Positions 48,732 through 58,453 are shown, counted from the first letter of the stretch. The stretch is 64,000 nt of DNA from a virus (IMGVR_UViG_2541047715_000004), one strand, 5' to 3'. Numbers and translations are program-made. The notes: a model not told the origin generated them from the sequence alone.

Positions 48732-49601
48732 ATGAACTTTACCAAACTGACTGACCACCTGAAACTTGCCACCGATCGACTCATTGGATTTAAGCCAGAA
48801 CCATATGAGTTGCATGAAGGCCATGGTGTAGCCACTGAAAGTATTTACAAGATGGTCGATCAGTTTCATGAACTCTTCCAGCATCCGAGACGCGTTATGC
48901 CGACACCAGAGCTGCTTCGTCTCCGTGCAAGCCTGATTCATGAAGAAGCTGTAGTGGAAGGTATTCCAGCCGCAATGAATGGGGATATTGAGCAACTGCT
49001 GGATGCAATGGCCGACTTTTTATACGTTGGTGTTGGTACGATGGTCGCCATCAAAGGTGGTATTTCTACCGGCATGACCTATTACACGCAGGAACAGAGC
49101 ATTGATCGCTTTATGCAGACAATTTTTGTGCCCGGTAACACTGTTTTCGATGATATGGCAATGCCATTTCAGGAAGCTCGTGAGGCGTCATGTATGCTCG
49201 AAGAGCTGGCAGATAAACTTGAGAACAAGACTGTTAAGGATTCTGAGCTGATTCAGGAACTGCGCCGTGTCATGAACAAAATCTATGTGGCGTGCATGAT
49301 GACCTATCGACTGGCTGATTTCCTCGGTATCAATGTAGTCGAGCTGGTTGGCGAAATTCATCGGTCTAACATGACAAAATTATGGCCTGCTGATGTAGAG
49401 GAACGTCGCCAGGCTGTGGCCAACTGCAAATACGACTCTTCAGACCTGGGATTTCGCCATGCTGATGGTACCGATAAGATGATCGGTTTTCGAATTTCCG
49501 ATGGAAAGATTCTGAAGTCTCCAACCTATAGTGATGTCGATTTATCCTCCTTTGTTGAGCAAGCTAAAGCCTCAGCAATGTACGGAATGATCAAAAAATA
49601 A
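48732..49601 (+). CDS. hypothetical protein, possibly MazG-like nucleotide pyrophosphohydrolase
   Basis: Helical, Glu-rich repeats; position in nucleotide-metabolism block; no firm motif. Confidence 0.3.
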   Translation: MNFTKLTDHLKLATDRLIGFKPEPYELHEGHGVATESIYKMVDQFHELFQHPRRVMPTPELLRLRASLIHEEAVVEGIPAAMNGDIEQLLDAMADFLYVGVGTMVAIKGGISTGMTYYTQEQSIDRFMQTIFVPGNTVFDDMAMPFQEAREASCMLEELADKLENKTVKDSELIQELRRVMNKIYVACMMTYRLADFLGINVVELVGEIHRSNMTKLWPADVEERRQAVANCKYDSSDLGFRHADGTDKMIGFRISDGKILKSPTYSDVDLSSFVEQAKASAMYGMIKK

Positions 49602-49771
49602 TTGTAGGTAGTTATCTATCTGTGTATATTTAACATGCGTAATAAAACTCTGGAATGACTATTCGTTTTGGTGGCCTATGGCCACCATTTTTTTATCTGT
49701 CTGGTCTTGTTCTCTCAATGAATGTAAACTCACACGATGAATAAGTAATTACTTATATTTGTGAGGTTTTT

Positions 49772-50875
49772 GTGTCACTCCTTTTGAATCGAGAGCATAC
49801 GAACGGTCAGGTAACAAACGCATCGTATGCAAAAGTTATTGAGACGGTGCTTAAAAGCGGCGTGCAGGCTGATGATCGCACAGGCACTGGTACTTTAAGC
49901 ACCTGCTACGTTCCCTCTTACTACATGCTTACTGGTGGGACTGTGCCGCTTATTTCTGGAAAGGCGGTAAATCTTAAGCCACTACTTGTCGAACTTGAGT
50001 GGTATCTGAAAGGCACGGGCAACATCCAATTTCTCAAGGATAACGGCGTTAAGATTTGGGATGCATGGGCCGATGAGAATGGCGATTTGGGGCCGGTTTA
50101 CGGTAAGCAGTGGCGTCGATGGGAAGATACCCGCATCGTGAGCCATAGTGAATATCTGAGCAAGATCGCTACTTTCCGTGAACGCGGGTACAAAGTCGAG
50201 GGATACCTGGGTATCAGTGAAGATCGCGTAGTGCTGTCCCGTGAAATCGATCAGCTACAGCGTATTGTCGATACACTGCGCACGAACCCTACCGATCGTC
50301 GCATCATGCTTAACGCATGGAACGTAGGCGAGCTTGAGGATATGAAACTGCCACCTTGCCACTTTGTCTTCTCTTTGTGGAGTCGTGAGCTGGATTTTGA
50401 AACCCGTTTAACGATGGCAACTGACATTGGTCTTCAACACAGTCGCCTCGGTTACGAGTCTATCTACACCAAGATGCTATACGATCTGGAGATGGACGGC
50501 AGTGTTACTGAAGCTGAACTGGATGAACTTGGAATCCCCAAACGCATCCTCAACTCCTGCCTCGTACAGCGTAGCGTAGACACTTTTGTTGGTATGCCAT
50601 TCAATATTGCTGGCTATGGCATTCTCACTCATTTTCTCGCGAAGATTACGGGTCACATGGCCGGTGCATTTGTGCATTTTGGCTTTGACGTGCATTTGTA
50701 CAACAACCACATGGAAGGTGTGTGTGAGCTAATGAAACGACAGGCTCCAGAGCATTCAGATCCGGTCGTTATTTTCCCTCATGAATGGTCAGAGTTGGAT
50801 GATTTCAAATGGGACGAGGTTTTAATTCTTGGCTATGACCCTCTACCGTGGATCAAGGTTCCAGTGGCGGTGTGA
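49772..50875 (+). CDS. thyA: thymidylate synthase (ThyA-type) with two insertions
   Basis: DRTGTGT, WADENGDLGPVYGKQWR and active-site LPPCH motifs match ThyA; 367 aa (about 100 aa longer than typical bacterial ThyA); GTG start. Confidence 0.8.
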   Translation: MSLLLNREHTNGQVTNASYAKVIETVLKSGVQADDRTGTGTLSTCYVPSYYMLTGGTVPLISGKAVNLKPLLVELEWYLKGTGNIQFLKDNGVKIWDAWADENGDLGPVYGKQWRRWEDTRIVSHSEYLSKIATFRERGYKVEGYLGISEDRVVLSREIDQLQRIVDTLRTNPTDRRIMLNAWNVGELEDMKLPPCHFVFSLWSRELDFETRLTMATDIGLQHSRLGYESIYTKMLYDLEMDGSVTEAELDELGIPKRILNSCLVQRSVDTFVGMPFNIAGYGILTHFLAKITGHMAGAFVHFGFDVHLYNNHMEGVCELMKRQAPEHSDPVVIFPHEWSELDDFKWDEVLILGYDPLPWIKVPVAV

Positions 50876-50876
50876 T

Positions 50877-51290
50877 ATGGCAAGAGGTATGTATGTCTTA
50901 TGCGAAATTGAAGGTGTGCTGGCAAATGCCAGCCATCGTAAATCAGTATCTGACGCGGATGCAGGCCAGCTCATTGCCGGTGATGAACTCATTTTCCCCA
51001 CCAGCCGTATGTTGCGTGGTTTTGCTCGCTCAGGGGCTGAAGTGGTGCTTATCAGTAGCCGCTCTGAAACTCTTGAAGCGCCAACTAAACGATGGCTGAA
51101 AGATTTTGGCGTTGATTATGACTGGCTTCATCTTGTACCGAATGGCACCAGTTATGAGAAGCATATTAAGCGCACATTAGCGGAGCATAAAGGCGATCTG
51201 CTTATCGCTGCGCTGGTGCACGATCCTCGACTCCGTGCCGCTTTAGCCGACTCTCACCATCGACCGGTCATCTATGAGGTGAGCAAATGA
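50877..51290 (+). CDS. hypothetical protein (possible degenerate HAD-like fold)
   Basis: Start overlaps thyA stop; YVLCEIEGVL resembles HAD motif I without the Asp pair. Confidence 0.3.
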   Translation: MARGMYVLCEIEGVLANASHRKSVSDADAGQLIAGDELIFPTSRMLRGFARSGAEVVLISSRSETLEAPTKRWLKDFGVDYDWLHLVPNGTSYEKHIKRTLAEHKGDLLIAALVHDPRLRAALADSHHRPVIYEVSK

Positions 51291-51763
51291 AGATGATCGC
51301 TGCTGTTGGCCGTAACTATGAGATCGGCATAGCGAATGAACTCCCCTGGCGTTGTTCTACCGATCTGAAGCTATTTAAGAGACTCACCAAAAACGCCACT
51401 GTCGTTATGGGGCGTAAAACGATGGAAAGTCTCAAACGCCCTCTTCCAGAGCGTCATAACCTCGTTTTGACGCGCTCTCATGGCTTTGTACCAAATGGAT
51501 TCTACCCTGCTGGTGTGGATGATGTGTTGCGATTACCAGAGCCTGTGTGGGTGATTGGCGGGGAACAAATTTACTCGCTATTCATGCCGCATGTTGAAGA
51601 GATTTGGCTCTCCCACATCGGCGTTGATGTACCAAACGCCGATGCATTCTTCCCGGCAAGCATGATGCGTAACTTAGGCTTTGTGCCTGTTGAAACAGCT
51701 TATACCCAACGAGCCAGCGAGGAAGAGCCTGGCTTTTCGCAGATCGTATACAGAAGGTCGTAA
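51287..51763 (+). CDS. folA: dihydrofolate reductase
   Basis: MIAAVGRNYEIGIANELPW N-terminal motif and GRKT segment; 158 aa. Confidence 0.85.
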   Translation: MKMIAAVGRNYEIGIANELPWRCSTDLKLFKRLTKNATVVMGRKTMESLKRPLPERHNLVLTRSHGFVPNGFYPAGVDDVLRLPEPVWVIGGEQIYSLFMPHVEEIWLSHIGVDVPNADAFFPASMMRNLGFVPVETAYTQRASEEEPGFSQIVYRRS

Positions 51764-52407
51764 TGGATTACCGGATTGGGATCACTGGTGCTCAGGGCAG
51801 TGGGAAAACAACCCTGGCAAAATATATCGACAAACATTACGGAATCCCTTACGTGGATGCTGGTGTCGGAAGTTTGATGAGCCGCCTCGGTGTTCGAGTA
51901 GGTGAGTCTATGCCTCTATATGAGCGGCTTCAGATTCAAATGGAAATAGCAAAGCATATAGAGCTACTTACGCGTGGTGTTGAAGGCTTTGTTATCGATC
52001 GCACACCTGCTGATGTTATGGCCTACACGTTGGATTTGGTCGGCCATACCAATGAAGATCGATGTATTGAGTTAGCCCTCGATATCGAAAAGTTTTGCCA
52101 CAAAACTGCTATTTCAAACTTTAACGCCATTGCTGGCTTACGCCCGGGAGTCGCTCTCTCAGAGCGAGATTACTTGCGATCACAACGAGCATCATTAGAC
52201 CGTCTGTATGTCGCTCGTATTGATGCGTTGATGTGCGGGGAACTGACAAAAATTCACCTGCATCCGCAAAGGGGGGATCTGCAAACCTTCGTCGTTTCCA
52301 ACCGATATCGCACGGTTGAAGCAAGAGCCAGATCAGTGATGAGAATGCTAGATAACGCTGTAGAAAAGATAGAAAACCGGTTCTGTGGCCGAGTGACCGT
52401 TCATTAG
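51763..52407 (+). CDS. P-loop NTPase (putative nucleotide kinase)
   Basis: Walker A GAQGSGKTT near N-terminus; 214 aa. Confidence 0.45.
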   Translation: MDYRIGITGAQGSGKTTLAKYIDKHYGIPYVDAGVGSLMSRLGVRVGESMPLYERLQIQMEIAKHIELLTRGVEGFVIDRTPADVMAYTLDLVGHTNEDRCIELALDIEKFCHKTAISNFNAIAGLRPGVALSERDYLRSQRASLDRLYVARIDALMCGELTKIHLHPQRGDLQTFVVSNRYRTVEARARSVMRMLDNAVEKIENRFCGRVTVH

Positions 52408-52468
52408 AAATTGTTCGCCTCTTCGACATTGCGACAATAAAACTCTCAAAATGGGTTAAGGATAAAAA

Positions 52469-52888
52469 ATGTTTAGTGAAATGTTGCTTGAAGATGAACT
52501 GGATCGGAAAACAACAGAGGCTTTGATTCGTGTAGCGGACGAACATTCCCGGTCGCTTATGAGCGATCGAGAGGCTCGTCTGGCTATTCGTGCCATATTC
52601 GAAACTGCGCAGGGGCTTGTTGGCGCACAAGTAGGTGAAGCCATTAACATCGCCATGTCTCAGTTCAGTGAAGACAGTAAAAAGCCTCTGTTTCCTATGC
52701 ATTTGATGCTGGCTGGTGGCACGGTGCTTTATATCTCTGTTTGTCTGGATAGCAACCAAATCAATATTCTCAACACTGCGTCAGGTAAGTGGAAAGATCC
52801 GATTGTCTGTGAAACCAGTGAAGAAACTTTGAAAAAAGCGGCTCAATTTGTACGTAGCGCACTACTTAAGGGCGCTAAGAAGTTGTAA
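52469..52888 (+). CDS. hypothetical protein
   Basis: 139 aa ORF. Confidence 0.4.
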   Translation: MFSEMLLEDELDRKTTEALIRVADEHSRSLMSDREARLAIRAIFETAQGLVGAQVGEAINIAMSQFSEDSKKPLFPMHLMLAGGTVLYISVCLDSNQINILNTASGKWKDPIVCETSEETLKKAAQFVRSALLKGAKKL

Positions 52889-52897
52889 GGAGTTCTG

Positions 52898-53455
52898 ATG
52901 ACAACGATTGTTGCAGGCATCGATATCGAGTCTACGGGACTGGATTTCCTTGCTGGTCATAAAATTATTGAAATCGCAATTACCCGCTATGAACTGGAGA
53001 CACAGAGACATATTGATAGTCTGGAGATGCGTTTTAACCCTCGCAGAAACATAGATCCGAAAGCTCAAGCCGTTCATGGCATTTCATTAGAACAGCTCGC
53101 AGCTGAACCTTTGTTGTCAAATCATGCCAGCGAAATTGGCGCTTATATGGGGGCATGTAGTGCGTGGATTGCTCATAACGGCGAAGCGTTTGATATACCA
53201 TTTATTCGACACGAGTTTTCAGGGTATGGAGTAAGACTGCCAGACGTTCCCGTTATAGATACTATGTTATCGGGATTGTGGGCCACAGAAGACGGTAAAC
53301 GTCCTCGCCTTGAAGAGTTGGCCTTCTCTCTTGGCTTTATATACGATCATGCCAAAGCACATAGTGCCTTATATGACACAAACTTAATGATGCAATGCTT
53401 CTTTAAGGCACGTAATAAGTACGGATTTTTTAAATTACCCTCTGAAATTGTGTAA
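52898..53455 (+). CDS. DnaQ-like 3-prime-5-prime exonuclease (DEDDh)
   Basis: Exo motifs IDIESTGLD, HNGEAFDIPF, HSALYD; 185 aa. Confidence 0.8.
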   Translation: MTTIVAGIDIESTGLDFLAGHKIIEIAITRYELETQRHIDSLEMRFNPRRNIDPKAQAVHGISLEQLAAEPLLSNHASEIGAYMGACSAWIAHNGEAFDIPFIRHEFSGYGVRLPDVPVIDTMLSGLWATEDGKRPRLEELAFSLGFIYDHAKAHSALYDTNLMMQCFFKARNKYGFFKLPSEIV

Positions 53456-53460
53456 AACAA

Positions 53461-53497
53461 AAGCCTACTTTAAAGAGAGTTTAAAGTAGGCTTTCTT
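53461..53497 (+). terminator. intrinsic terminator hairpin
   Basis: AAGCCTACTTTAAA...TTTAAAGTAGGCTT followed by T-rich tract. Confidence 0.65.
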
Positions 53498-53615
53498 TTA
53501 AAGAACAGCCGCCTTTCAATCATTTCCTGCCTGTATTTAATACTTTTCCGCCTGATAGGTTTAGTCAAAATGTAGCTATCGAAACGCAAATGTAACCAAG
53601 CAGAAGGAGACTTAC

Positions 53616-54425
53616 ATGAGTTCGGTTGAAAATGTAATGACAAATGATGATCTGGACGAGCTGACAGCCATGTTGCAATCACTTGATGAACCAGTAAAAA
53701 AAGCCGCACAGGTTGAAAATACTGATGATATTGACGATCTGCTGCTCGGCCTCGATGCTGGCGTAGCCATGAGTTCTGATGATGTTGCCGAAGAACTGTT
53801 CAATGAAGAAAAAGCAGGTGATTTCAGCTCTGCTTTAAATGAGTTGGAGTTAGCGCATGAGCCTATAAACGTAATTAACGCTGAAAGTGTTGAATCTGCC
53901 GAAAACGAGCCAGAACAATTGGGATTGATTGAGGTTGAAGAGTGTGTTGATGTTAATGATGAATTAAAAGTTCAACAGTCAAATGATAGCAACACAAATA
54001 AAAAAGCGCGTACTGCAAGAGGTCCTCGTTTTACTTTAAGTGATAAAGATGATTCGTTTTTCAATAAAGCAGGCTTAGAAACAGATATTTTCTTAGACGC
54101 TTACGAAAACGCGCCTGTCAAAGCAAAGGATAAGATATTAAACCTTCTTAATTGGTTTAGCGGAGGTCCAGATATTAGTGTTTACACGGTAATTTCCATG
54201 AGACACCTTCTCACAGAAAAGAAGGCTACAAGTAATAGTATTAAGATTGCTTTAATGAGCAATCCAGAAAAACCGTATCCGCTTAACACTGCGTCAACTC
54301 AGGCTGGGCAAATGATGGCTGTATTTCCAGCGACAGGAATTGCCGTTAGAGACGGTGGAAATCTAACATTGAACGAAGAATCACCGATCGTTAAGAAGTT
54401 TGTAGCGGAGTACACTATTGGATGA
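53616..54425 (+). CDS. hypothetical protein with strongly acidic N-terminal half
   Basis: About 30 percent Asp/Glu in first 115 residues; followed by terminator hairpin 54505..54545. Confidence 0.45.
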   Translation: MSSVENVMTNDDLDELTAMLQSLDEPVKKAAQVENTDDIDDLLLGLDAGVAMSSDDVAEELFNEEKAGDFSSALNELELAHEPINVINAESVESAENEPEQLGLIEVEECVDVNDELKVQQSNDSNTNKKARTARGPRFTLSDKDDSFFNKAGLETDIFLDAYENAPVKAKDKILNLLNWFSGGPDISVYTVISMRHLLTEKKATSNSIKIALMSNPEKPYPLNTASTQAGQMMAVFPATGIAVRDGGNLTLNEESPIVKKFVAEYTIG

Positions 54426-54608
54426 CGTCCCCCTACTGAAAATAAAGCCCATAGAGAGCTTTATAGTGCTGGGTAAGCCAATCACATATCCAGCACCACA
54501 AAAACGCGCCAGAGAGCTTCTCGTTTGCATTTCTGGCGCGTTTTATTTGATTGCCAGACATAAAATCAAATGCAAAAATAGGTAATCACTTACCTATCGA
54601 GAAAGACG

Positions 54609-55202
54609 ATGATTGCAGCCGAAAAAATCAAACAGCGAAAGCGCGACAACTCTCTTCGTGACCTCTGGAGAACACCTGACTGGCTGTTTTCTGCCATTCA
54701 ACGTTATCTTGGAGTGACATTTGATGTTGACGTTGCCTGCAACAAGGACAATGCGAAGCTGCCTAATTTCATAGGCGTTGAGCGTGATGCTTTGAAATCT
54801 GAATGGGGACAGCCAGGTACAATTGCCTTCCTCAATCCACCCTACTCCAAAATCTCCCCCTGGATTGATGCGGCTATACGTGAGCAGGCTCGCGGAGTTA
54901 CAACAGTGATGCTAATTCCTCAATCCCTCGATACAAAGTGGTATGAGCGTGCAACAGAGTGTGCGAATGAGACGATTATTCTGTCTGGTGGCCGCGTAGC
55001 GTTTGTCGAGCCTGACGTCAATTTGGGTCAGGTAGAAGTAAACATCAACCCCGGTGGCAGTATGCTCGTTGTTTTTCGAGGATTCTGTCAGGACGCTGGG
55101 CACTCTATAAGCAAGATCCCTTTGGACGTCATGAAAAGTCTGGGAGGGTATGATCCTGCGAATGTGATCAGGAAAAAAAGACAATCAAAGAAGGCTGCTT
55201 AG
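54609..55202 (+). CDS. DNA N6-adenine methyltransferase, orphan phage Dam type
   Basis: Catalytic NPPY motif (FLNPPYSKISPW); 197 aa; no adjacent nuclease gene. Confidence 0.7.
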   Translation: MIAAEKIKQRKRDNSLRDLWRTPDWLFSAIQRYLGVTFDVDVACNKDNAKLPNFIGVERDALKSEWGQPGTIAFLNPPYSKISPWIDAAIREQARGVTTVMLIPQSLDTKWYERATECANETIILSGGRVAFVEPDVNLGQVEVNINPGGSMLVVFRGFCQDAGHSISKIPLDVMKSLGGYDPANVIRKKRQSKKAA

Positions 55203-55220
55203 TTTGTTCTGGCGTCTGTA

Positions 55221-55281
55221 ATTAGCCTGCTTCTGTATATATAAATAACTACATATTAATTATTAATATACGGAAGCAGGC
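55221..55281. repeat. long GC-stem / AT-loop hairpin element, copy 2
   Basis: GCCTGCTTCTGTATATATAAATA...TATACGGAAGCAGGC; near-identical arms to copy at 7745..7803. Confidence 0.6.
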
Positions 55282-55364
55282 TGTTTTATATCAGAGACTC
55301 CCAGACCTGAACACCACTACAGAATCCACTAGAACCCCTTCCCAGACGCTTTAAAATCGATTTT

Positions 55365-55619
55365 ATGAACCACTTTAAGGAAACCAACATGTCATACCCG
55401 ACTAATGTCGTTGCGCTCGTAGAGAGCGATTTTCTGGCCCAGGCTCGTGAAATGATGAAAGATCGTGAGCAGGCTTTCAACTTGTACGAATGGGCAATTA
55501 AGTGCTTGCATCTTGGGGAGCATCGCGAACTTGTTGAACAGCTTTTAGGTGAGTTGATCAACGAGGTGTTTGCCTTGAATGTTCAACTACATGGTCGAAA
55601 AAATAATCAATCGAAATGA
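55365..55619 (+). CDS. hypothetical protein
   Basis: 84 aa ORF. Confidence 0.35.
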   Translation: MNHFKETNMSYPTNVVALVESDFLAQAREMMKDREQAFNLYEWAIKCLHLGEHRELVEQLLGELINEVFALNVQLHGRKNNQSK

Positions 55620-56205
55620 TAGATAAGTACAAACTATTCATAAAGTGAATTGTAAGTGCTAAGATCTGATAGTTTCCAGTCGTAGACTGGAGGCTCGACC
55701 TGATGGGTGGGGGTAAGCGTCACTGGCGTCAGGTTTAAAAAAGCTCACTACCAGCGTAGAACCGGCACCGTTTAGGGGTTGGGGAAGGGGGAACCAAAGT
55801 GAGCAGAGACAAGGGTCACTTTATGATTGTCGAGTCTGGGGTGTTTCGAGAGGTTGAATCCAGTACTCCCCTTCATAAAGTGTGGGAAGATCTCGGTTCT
55901 GGGGTGCTGTCATCCATAACTTCCCAAGCCTAAGCTGGCAGTAGACTTAGGTCATAACTTTTCAGGTTATGAAACGACCAGGTTGGTGAGGAAATTTTGT
56001 ACTCACCTCCCTGGGAGAGTATTACCTGAAAAGACAACCTCTCACTTCGTTCGAGGTGAACTTCACTCACTTCGTTCGTTCAGTTCAGGTTTATAAAAAC
56101 CTGTTCTGGGAAGTAATTTGTTTATTTTAATAATTATTAACACGCACGCGTGTGCGCACGCGCGAGGAAAAAAAAATCGGCGCGGCGCTTGATTCAGGAG
56201 TTTAT

Positions 56206-56796
56206 ATGACGACGAAGACACCAGCCCGATCGCAAGCAAAAACTCGCAAAAATGACAAAAACAAAAATTCTCCCCGCACCAATTCCACAACGCCTGTCGT
56301 AGAGTTCAATCCCCAGCTTAAAACCGTGAAAATCTTCAGTGATGGCTCTTGCCTTAAAAATCCGGGTGGCCCGGGCGGTTACGGTATAGTTCTCCAGTAT
56401 GGTGGTGAGGAACGCGAGTTCTCAGATGGTTTTCATAGCACCACCAATAACCGCATGGAGATGATGGGGGCACTTATCGGGCTGGAGCGTTTGAAATATC
56501 CATGCAACGTTATTTTGTACTCTGATAGCCAGTATCTGAAAAACGGCATGACACAGTGGATGAAATGGTGGAAACGCAATGGATGGATGACTTCTGACAA
56601 AAAACCGGTAAAGAATGTTGATCTGTGGAAGCGTCTGGATGAGGCCGCAAGTCGACATAATGTTCGCTGGAAGTGGGTTAAAGGTCACGCCGGGCATCGT
56701 GAAAATGAAATATGTGATCGACTCGCGAAGATCGCAGCTTTTTCAGCAGCAGATATGCCTCACAAGAAAGATATTGGTTTTGTTTATAACAAGTAG
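56206..56796 (+). CDS. rnhA: ribonuclease HI with basic N-terminal extension
   Basis: KIFSDGSC...GGPGGYG and C-terminal HAGHxxNExxDxLA RNase HI motifs; about 40-aa Lys/Thr/Asn-rich N-terminal extension; start ambiguous (table ORF from 56152). Confidence 0.8.
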   Translation: MTTKTPARSQAKTRKNDKNKNSPRTNSTTPVVEFNPQLKTVKIFSDGSCLKNPGGPGGYGIVLQYGGEEREFSDGFHSTTNNRMEMMGALIGLERLKYPCNVILYSDSQYLKNGMTQWMKWWKRNGWMTSDKKPVKNVDLWKRLDEAASRHNVRWKWVKGHAGHRENEICDRLAKIAAFSAADMPHKKDIGFVYNK

Positions 56797-56944
56797 TAAG
56801 TAAGTGTTTACCTATCATTTTAAATCATGTATCTTATCAGCGTCAGGATGACAATGTGTCGGTAAGACACAGTTCCAGGATGGAACGAGAAAGGCGGCTG
56901 GCGATCGCCAGCCGCAACTCTTTCTGACACTGGATGGAGTCCAC

Positions 56945-57439
56945 ATGGCACGTCAAACCTATTTCACTTCTGCAACTAAACGTCCTCGTTCTTTACGTCA
57001 AATTTTGGCCGAATTGTTTAGCGGTCGTGTTATGTCACGTCTTGATGAACTAGAGACTACCGTTCGGTTGCTGAATGAACGTTTAGATAATCAAGCGTCA
57101 GTTGTTGCGAACGTGGGGGCGATTGTTGCCTCTGGTTCTTCACGCGAAGCGAAAAGTACACGGCCTTTAGTGAAGGAGAAAAACAACAAGGACAGTTCGA
57201 ATGGAAAATTTTCAAAGAAAGAGGCTGAAACCAATGGCCTACGTTCTCATTATAGTTTCACTGGCGACGGTAGCCGTTCCAGCCGGCCAGAGCCTTTTGA
57301 TGCCGGGTTCATCCATCACCACACCTCCGTCGACGACAATTACCACCACTCCAGTAGAGCGTCCTGTCACTCTGGATGGGATGACGGTGGATGCGATACC
57401 TCAAGTTCATCCAGTTACTCAGGATCATGTTGTGACTAA
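56945..57439 (+). CDS. hypothetical protein (model uncertain; overlaps alternative-frame ORF 57201..57452)
   Basis: 164 aa ORF; C-terminal half low-complexity Ser/His-rich; alternative frame encodes signal-peptide-like Thr/Pro-rich protein. Confidence 0.3.
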   Translation: MARQTYFTSATKRPRSLRQILAELFSGRVMSRLDELETTVRLLNERLDNQASVVANVGAIVASGSSREAKSTRPLVKEKNNKDSSNGKFSKKEAETNGLRSHYSFTGDGSRSSRPEPFDAGFIHHHTSVDDNYHHSSRASCHSGWDDGGCDTSSSSSYSGSCCD

Positions 57440-57448
57440 GGTGGTTGT

Positions 57449-57637
57449 ATGAACTGGCTTTCAAATCACTTTGGGAAAATTTGGCTGGCAATTCTGGCTC
57501 TCATGGCCGCCGGTTGGGTATCCAACATTATAAAACTCGTTTGCTCAGGTGATCTCCAGTTTCAGGCTGGCATGACCTTGGCTCGTGTAGTTGGGATTTT
57601 TATTTTTCCAGTCGGTTCGGTACTTGGTTATTTCTGA
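57449..57637 (+). CDS. small membrane protein
   Basis: 62 aa, two hydrophobic segments. Confidence 0.35.
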   Translation: MNWLSNHFGKIWLAILALMAAGWVSNIIKLVCSGDLQFQAGMTLARVVGIFIFPVGSVLGYF

Positions 57638-57730
57638 CGGTTGTTAGTGCATATGCATTGACCGTCTTTGCGTAAGCAATTTATGTAACCAGAAAACAAT
57701 TTGTTTTGACAAATAGCAAAAGGAAAACAC

Positions 57731-58156
57731 ATGTTAGGTTTCTTCAAAAAGAAAACTCGTAAAGCTGTTATCGAAGTCAAAAAAATGGAGAACCGTGATG
57801 CGGTTGAAGCCACCGTGTGGGGCGGGTACATGATCTCCTATGCCAACGGTACATGCGATGCAAAAGAAATTTCCATTCTTGAGAAAACAATTGCAGCTCT
57901 GCCTGCATTTTCTCCTTTTGCTGGTGAGATTGCCCAGATGAGCGCCAATATCCGCGCTCAATACGAAGCCTCACCGCGCCGTGCTAATGCCCAGGCTTTA
58001 CGTGAGCTGGCGGATGTGGCCGGGACTGATGATGCAGTAGATGTACTGTGTCTGTGCCTTGATATTGCCGACCAGGACGGCATTGATGAACCAGAAGAGC
58101 AGGCGCTGAAAAAGATCGCCCAGGCGCTTCAGTTGTCACTGGATGCTTATCTCTAA
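57731..58156 (+). CDS. TerB-like domain protein (putative)
   Basis: Helical pattern with acidic cluster DQDGIDEPEEQAL reminiscent of TerB family; an unlisted 52-aa membrane ORF (about 58156..58314) overlaps its stop. Confidence 0.4.
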   Translation: MLGFFKKKTRKAVIEVKKMENRDAVEATVWGGYMISYANGTCDAKEISILEKTIAALPAFSPFAGEIAQMSANIRAQYEASPRRANAQALRELADVAGTDDAVDVLCLCLDIADQDGIDEPEEQALKKIAQALQLSLDAYL

Positions 58157-58323
58157 TGCTTGAGAGATTCCGGCTTGTGACCGTCATTGCTCTTCTGGTG
58201 ATAGCGGTGTTGGTGGATTTTACGGGAAAGATGATGTCTGTCATTTCTGATGGCGTCCTCATTGGTCTGGCGATCTACTTCGCTTATCCGCTAGTCCGTA
58301 AAGCAACGTGTTAATGACAAGGG

Positions 58324-58352
58324 CCAAATGGCCCTTGTGTTTCGTTGACCGA
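58324..58352 (+). terminator. intrinsic terminator hairpin
   Basis: CAAGGGCC-AAAT-GGCCCTTG followed by TGTTTCGTT. Confidence 0.65.
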
Positions 58353-58453
58353 AATAGAGAGTTTGCACCTTTACGTTTAGCTTGCTCCCCTTTTATGCCA
58401 CATCACAATAAAGCCAATAAGAAAACAACTTGTTTAAGCATTAGGAAAAACAC

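Noticed and set aside
55620-56205. Retron-like ncRNA next to RNase H
   Set aside because: No reverse transcriptase gene nearby and no clear a1/a2 inverted repeats framing an msr-msd unit; kept only as an unclassified structured region
56945-57452. Two overlapping ORFs in different frames (56945..57439 and 57201..57452)
   Set aside because: Cannot decide which frame is translated; the first has a low-complexity Ser/His-rich tail typical of out-of-frame read-through and the second has a signal-peptide-like start, so no confident single gene model
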